From Rozella allomycis CSF55 (Eukaryota): a stretch of DNA of 64,000 bases. Shown here piece by piece: positions 60,475-64,000 of the stretch. Position numbers and translations under genes: made by a program. The notes under the pieces are model-generated. The model was given only the letters and a program-made list of their open reading frames with translations. It was not told where the DNA came from and ran no database searches. The first letter of the stretch is position 1. Each line of letters begins with the position of its first letter. Location: NCBI GenBank assembly GCA_000442015.1, contig KE561324.1, positions 1 through 64,000 of the forward strand, given 5' to 3'.

Positions 60475-62253
60475 TCAAAAATTTTCTTTATTAAAAATAA
60501 ACTTGGCCCCATTGTTGCCAGGATCACTGTATATATTGCAACATATTTTTAACTTGTCGGATATAGGCTTTGGACCGCAGAAAAAGACTCCTACAGTACT
60601 ATCAGTATGCCGAGCTTTTATCTTTTGAAAAATTTGATCGAAATTTGGGCGACCAAAATATGTCGGTGAATGTAATCCAGTTATAGGATCTGCTCCGTCG
60701 ATAGCACCTCCATGCGCTAAGTAACCATGAATTTGGTCCAATAATAATTTTCCTGTCAAATATTGATATATCTCAATTAAATTATCGTGATCTTCATCTT
60801 CAATAGCCTTCAGTACGTCTAAAAACCATTCAAGGCTCTTTTACGGCGTAGTTGGACTTTTTACCTTGGTATCTCTAGATATAGCGACAAAATATACCTT
60901 CTTTAATGAAATCTTTTCCTTTGAATCAAATCTATGCCTTTCCTCTATTAATATGTATTTTACCAAATAGTTTTTAAGAGTGAGCAGAATGGAGTTTGTC
61001 CAATACCAGCTCCAACGCAAAGAACGACCTTGTAGTTACAAATCTTATCGCTCGCAGCTCCGTAAGGCCCATCAATAAGAATTTTTGGTGTAAGGTGTGG
61101 AGGAATACTCACAAATTCTTCGGGCGACTGCGTTAATGTTTTCATTCCAAGTTTGTTTGCAAGTGCAAAAGTCCAATCACCCCCAATCTTCATGTGTACA
61201 GATATAAAATCTTCTTTGGGGCAAGATGTAAGTGTAAAAGGATGCCATTGGAATTTAGATATATCAGGGCAATTCAAAAAAACATACTGACCAGCAAAAC
61301 TTTTAAACGCAACTTTTCTCATTTGTATCTCCATAACTTGAGAAGGATGGAGTATAATCTTCGTAACAAACGTACTTCTTCTTGCAGATATTTCACGATG
61401 TATTCTTTCCAATATGTAAAGGATTAAAGGGGCCAAAACAAGCTTGTAGTTTAATGGATCAACACAAGCTGAATACAGTTCGCCTCTAACAACACAATAA
61501 ATCCCATGAAACATGGTGCAAAAAAGGAAAACTACAAAAAGATGATGTGTATACCAAAATATTTCGAATCTTGCCCGTCGAATGTTCTTAAATGAAGATG
61601 TAAAGATCAAAAACAAAGAAATTACAGCCATGTGACCAGTCATCCCGGTGGGTGTCAAATATGAAAGATATTCTGGAGTTACAATACCGACCAACTCTGA
61701 GAGTCGTCTCATGTTATTATAATGACCACAAGCATGAATAAAGGAAAAGAGCACGATAGCATATCCAACTTTTTTGTGAAATGCAATATGCTTATCTAAC
61801 GGTACATATCTAATTATGTTTATATAGCTGGGCTTACCGATGAAATATGGTAGCTCTAAGAATTGTAATTGTTTTCCTACAAACAGGAAGCATTATCAAA
61901 AACATATTTAGATTAATGCATGCAGCCGCACCTCTAGAAAATGAAAGCGAAAATGACAGAACTTTGGCCATCGTTGCGTAATTATTGCCATAAGGAGAAT
62001 ACAAAAAGGCGTAATATGTAAATAAATATACATTTAATCCGACCCATAAAGAGGCGATTATTGATTTTGGACCTTCATTGATAAACCAAACTTGAACATC
62101 ATTTTTGAAAAGCTCGAGGGCCGAAAGCTGCGGTGGTGATATTTCATCAGCATGCAATGGATTTATGTCAAGAGTCTTTGATTTCTCTACAAAACTTTGG
62201 CGTCTTTCGTTGCCTATCACTGTTGACGTCAACTCTGACTCTATTGTATCCAT
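60475..62253 (-). CDS. NADPH oxidase catalytic subunit (gp91phox/NoxA-like)
   Basis: FEIFWYTHHL, FQWHPFTLTS, DGPYGA, GAGIGQTPF, GRPNF, GVFFCGP, C-terminal KENF; 3 introns. Confidence 0.93.
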
Positions 62254-62525
62254 TGTTTACTATTTTGTTTGTCACTTGCCTTAAATAACGATATTCATTT
62301 TTACTATTAATTTGTGATTTTGATGTATGACAATTATGACATTATATATAAACTATTAAGTACTAACCCTTGTGCAAAGTGTAGACTTTTTGTGCTTTGG
62401 ATTACATTAAAATTTAAAGTTCTTTGTTGCAAATGTGAAGATCTGAATCCTTAAAACCGCGAACCATAGTTGAATTGGGAAATCATAGATAATCTTCTAC
62501 TAAGCCCCCACAACTTTCACACTAT

Positions 62526-63265
62526 ATGATTCTTAATGTCGTCAGTTGGAAGAATTTTTTTAAGTCATCAATTTTATACATATATTATACAATAGCTCTT
62601 TCGTTCACAGGTTACATCATCTTGACATTCTTTTCCAAGCCTTGGACATCATGGAAAACAGTCTCTAACTATTCCTTGACATCTCATGGAGCCTCCTTCA
62701 TGGCTTTGCACTGGATTGGTGGGTGCGTTCTTAATATATGCATGGTGCTACAGATTCATCCTTACATAAGGACGAAATCGTTAAAGATTCATCGCAATAT
62801 TGGAAAAGTTTGTTGTTTTTTTGGTTTAATCACCAGTATTTTCGGCTGTCTATATATTTTCACTGTTGGAACTGTGGGTGGTATCGAAATGGACATTGCA
62901 TTTGCGTTGTACGGTTTCCTCTTCTTCTTTTTCACCGTCAAAACATATATGGCTGCCAGAAAACACAAAAGATTTGTGCATGAAATCTGGGCAGTGAGAA
63001 TGTTCGCGATGAGTGTTGGTAGTCCTCTGTATAGGTAAAATTACCCAATTTTAGTAATATCAGACTTTACATCTCACCGTTGTTTATAAAAGCTGTATCA
63101 TCGAAATTAACAAGCGTAGATAAAATTAGATATCTTAATGTTGCTGGATGGCTCATGTTTGTACCTAATTTGATCATTGCCGAGATCTATATCTATCGAC
63201 AGCTGCATAAACGTGATGACCCTAAACCTTCTTCGACATCTGATCAAGCAATCTTGGACGAATAA
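62526..63265 (+). CDS. DUF2306-like multi-pass membrane protein
   Basis: LHWIGG..LQI...IR....IHR.IGK, H..WAVR.FA..GSPLYR; 1 intron. Confidence 0.65.
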
Positions 63266-63319
63266 GCTTATAATCTATAAATATAAATCATAAAATATTT
63301 TATTGTTAAAAGTTATCTA

Positions 63320-63760
63320 TCAAACTAAATTTAATGGATTTTCGTGAAAGTGACCAACAGGCTCAACTTTGTATCGTTTCATGTCAATTAATATCAGCAT
63401 TGATATTTTCATTCGTAGTCTACTGAGGAAACTGAAGTTCAGTCTCTGCATTTTAATGGTATCACCAGTTTCTATAATGTCCAGACCGAATTCACGCCCC
63501 AGTGCGAGAACGTCACATACAAAATTGTTTTCCGCATTCAAAAAGTATTCCATTGGTATTTCCCAGGAAGTTATTTGGCTATTAGTTGCAACTTTCCAGA
63601 GGCCCTTGACAAAAGGATAAAAATAAAGTCTCTGGGAGTTTCTCCAAAAAAATAATTCAAGGTATATTTTTTTCTTGCAATTTTCTATTTCGTTTATGAG
63701 AAATTCTGTCCTTTCTTGAGCGACTTGTTGATGAAAGGCTTGGCGGTCATTATTGGCCAT
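63320..63760 (-). CDS. Hypothetical protein
   Basis: 146-aa open frame with an ACCCTAGC motif just before the ATG; no recognisable domain. Confidence 0.45.
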   Translation of the reverse strand: MANNDRQAFHQQVAQERTEFLINEIENCKKKIYLELFFWRNSQRLYFYPFVKGLWKVATNSQITSWEIPMEYFLNAENNFVCDVLALGREFGLDIIETGDTIKMQRLNFSFLSRLRMKISMLILIDMKRYKVEPVGHFHENPLNLV

Positions 63761-63884
63761 GCTAGGGTATTCATTATTTTACCGAGGGATTAAAACAAGT
63801 ATTAAGAATGTTCTTAATAGATTTGAGAATCAGTTTCTATGCCACGTGACCAACATTAGGACCCTTGCCTCAGTTGGAAAAATT

Positions 63885-64000
63885 ATGACGACTAAAGAGG
63901 AACTTTCTAGTGAGATAACAGCTGTCGGCGACAGAATCCGAAATATGAAGCTTGAAAAGGCGAGCAAAGAAGCTCTTCAACCTCATATCGATCAGCTTGT
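63885..64000 (+). CDS. WHEP-TRS domain N-terminus of an aminoacyl-tRNA synthetase (runs off the window)
   Basis: MTTKEELSSEITAVGDRIRNMKLEKASKEALQPHIDQL fits the WHEP pattern I..QG..VR.LK..KA.K..I...V..L. Confidence 0.75.
   Translation, partial: MTTKEELSSEITAVGDRIRNMKLEKASKEALQPHIDQL

Noticed and set aside
1-64000. Widespread pseudogenisation, frameshifting or an alternative genetic code as the cause of fragmented ORFs
   Set aside because: The breaks are explained by short introns whose removal restores conserved proteins under the standard code.

Overview
This is AT-rich, very gene-dense eukaryotic nuclear DNA, not bacterial. It carries about 42 protein-coding genes, most split by ultra-short spliceosomal introns (mostly 26-31 nt; about 150-160 traced by eye), which is why the ORF track is fragmented. 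Fungal-type genes (ChAPs/Bch1, NoxA, Kes1/Osh4, PRS1 class) sit alongside ciliary genes (meckelin, CFAP77, CFAP299, PPP1R32, LRRC9, TPPP) and a Crinkler-like ATPase-nuclease. Together these point to a zoosporic early-diverging fungus, probably Rozella/Cryptomycota-like (inference). Non-coding features are a minimal ~214-nt RNase P RNA, a C/D-box snoRNA candidate, two other structured-RNA candidates and a hAT transposase remnant. The strongest signal is an unusual splicing system. Four GT-TG introns are well supported and a fifth is possible; they lack the canonical AG acceptor yet have the modal intron length. A 57-nt intron is also built from two back-to-back micro-introns with a zero-length exon. 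Both suggest a length-measuring spliceosome. A second signal is a set of RFX X-box-like palindromes at the starts of ciliary genes and of a truncated hemoglobin gene. All exon structures were traced manually, without alignment tools.
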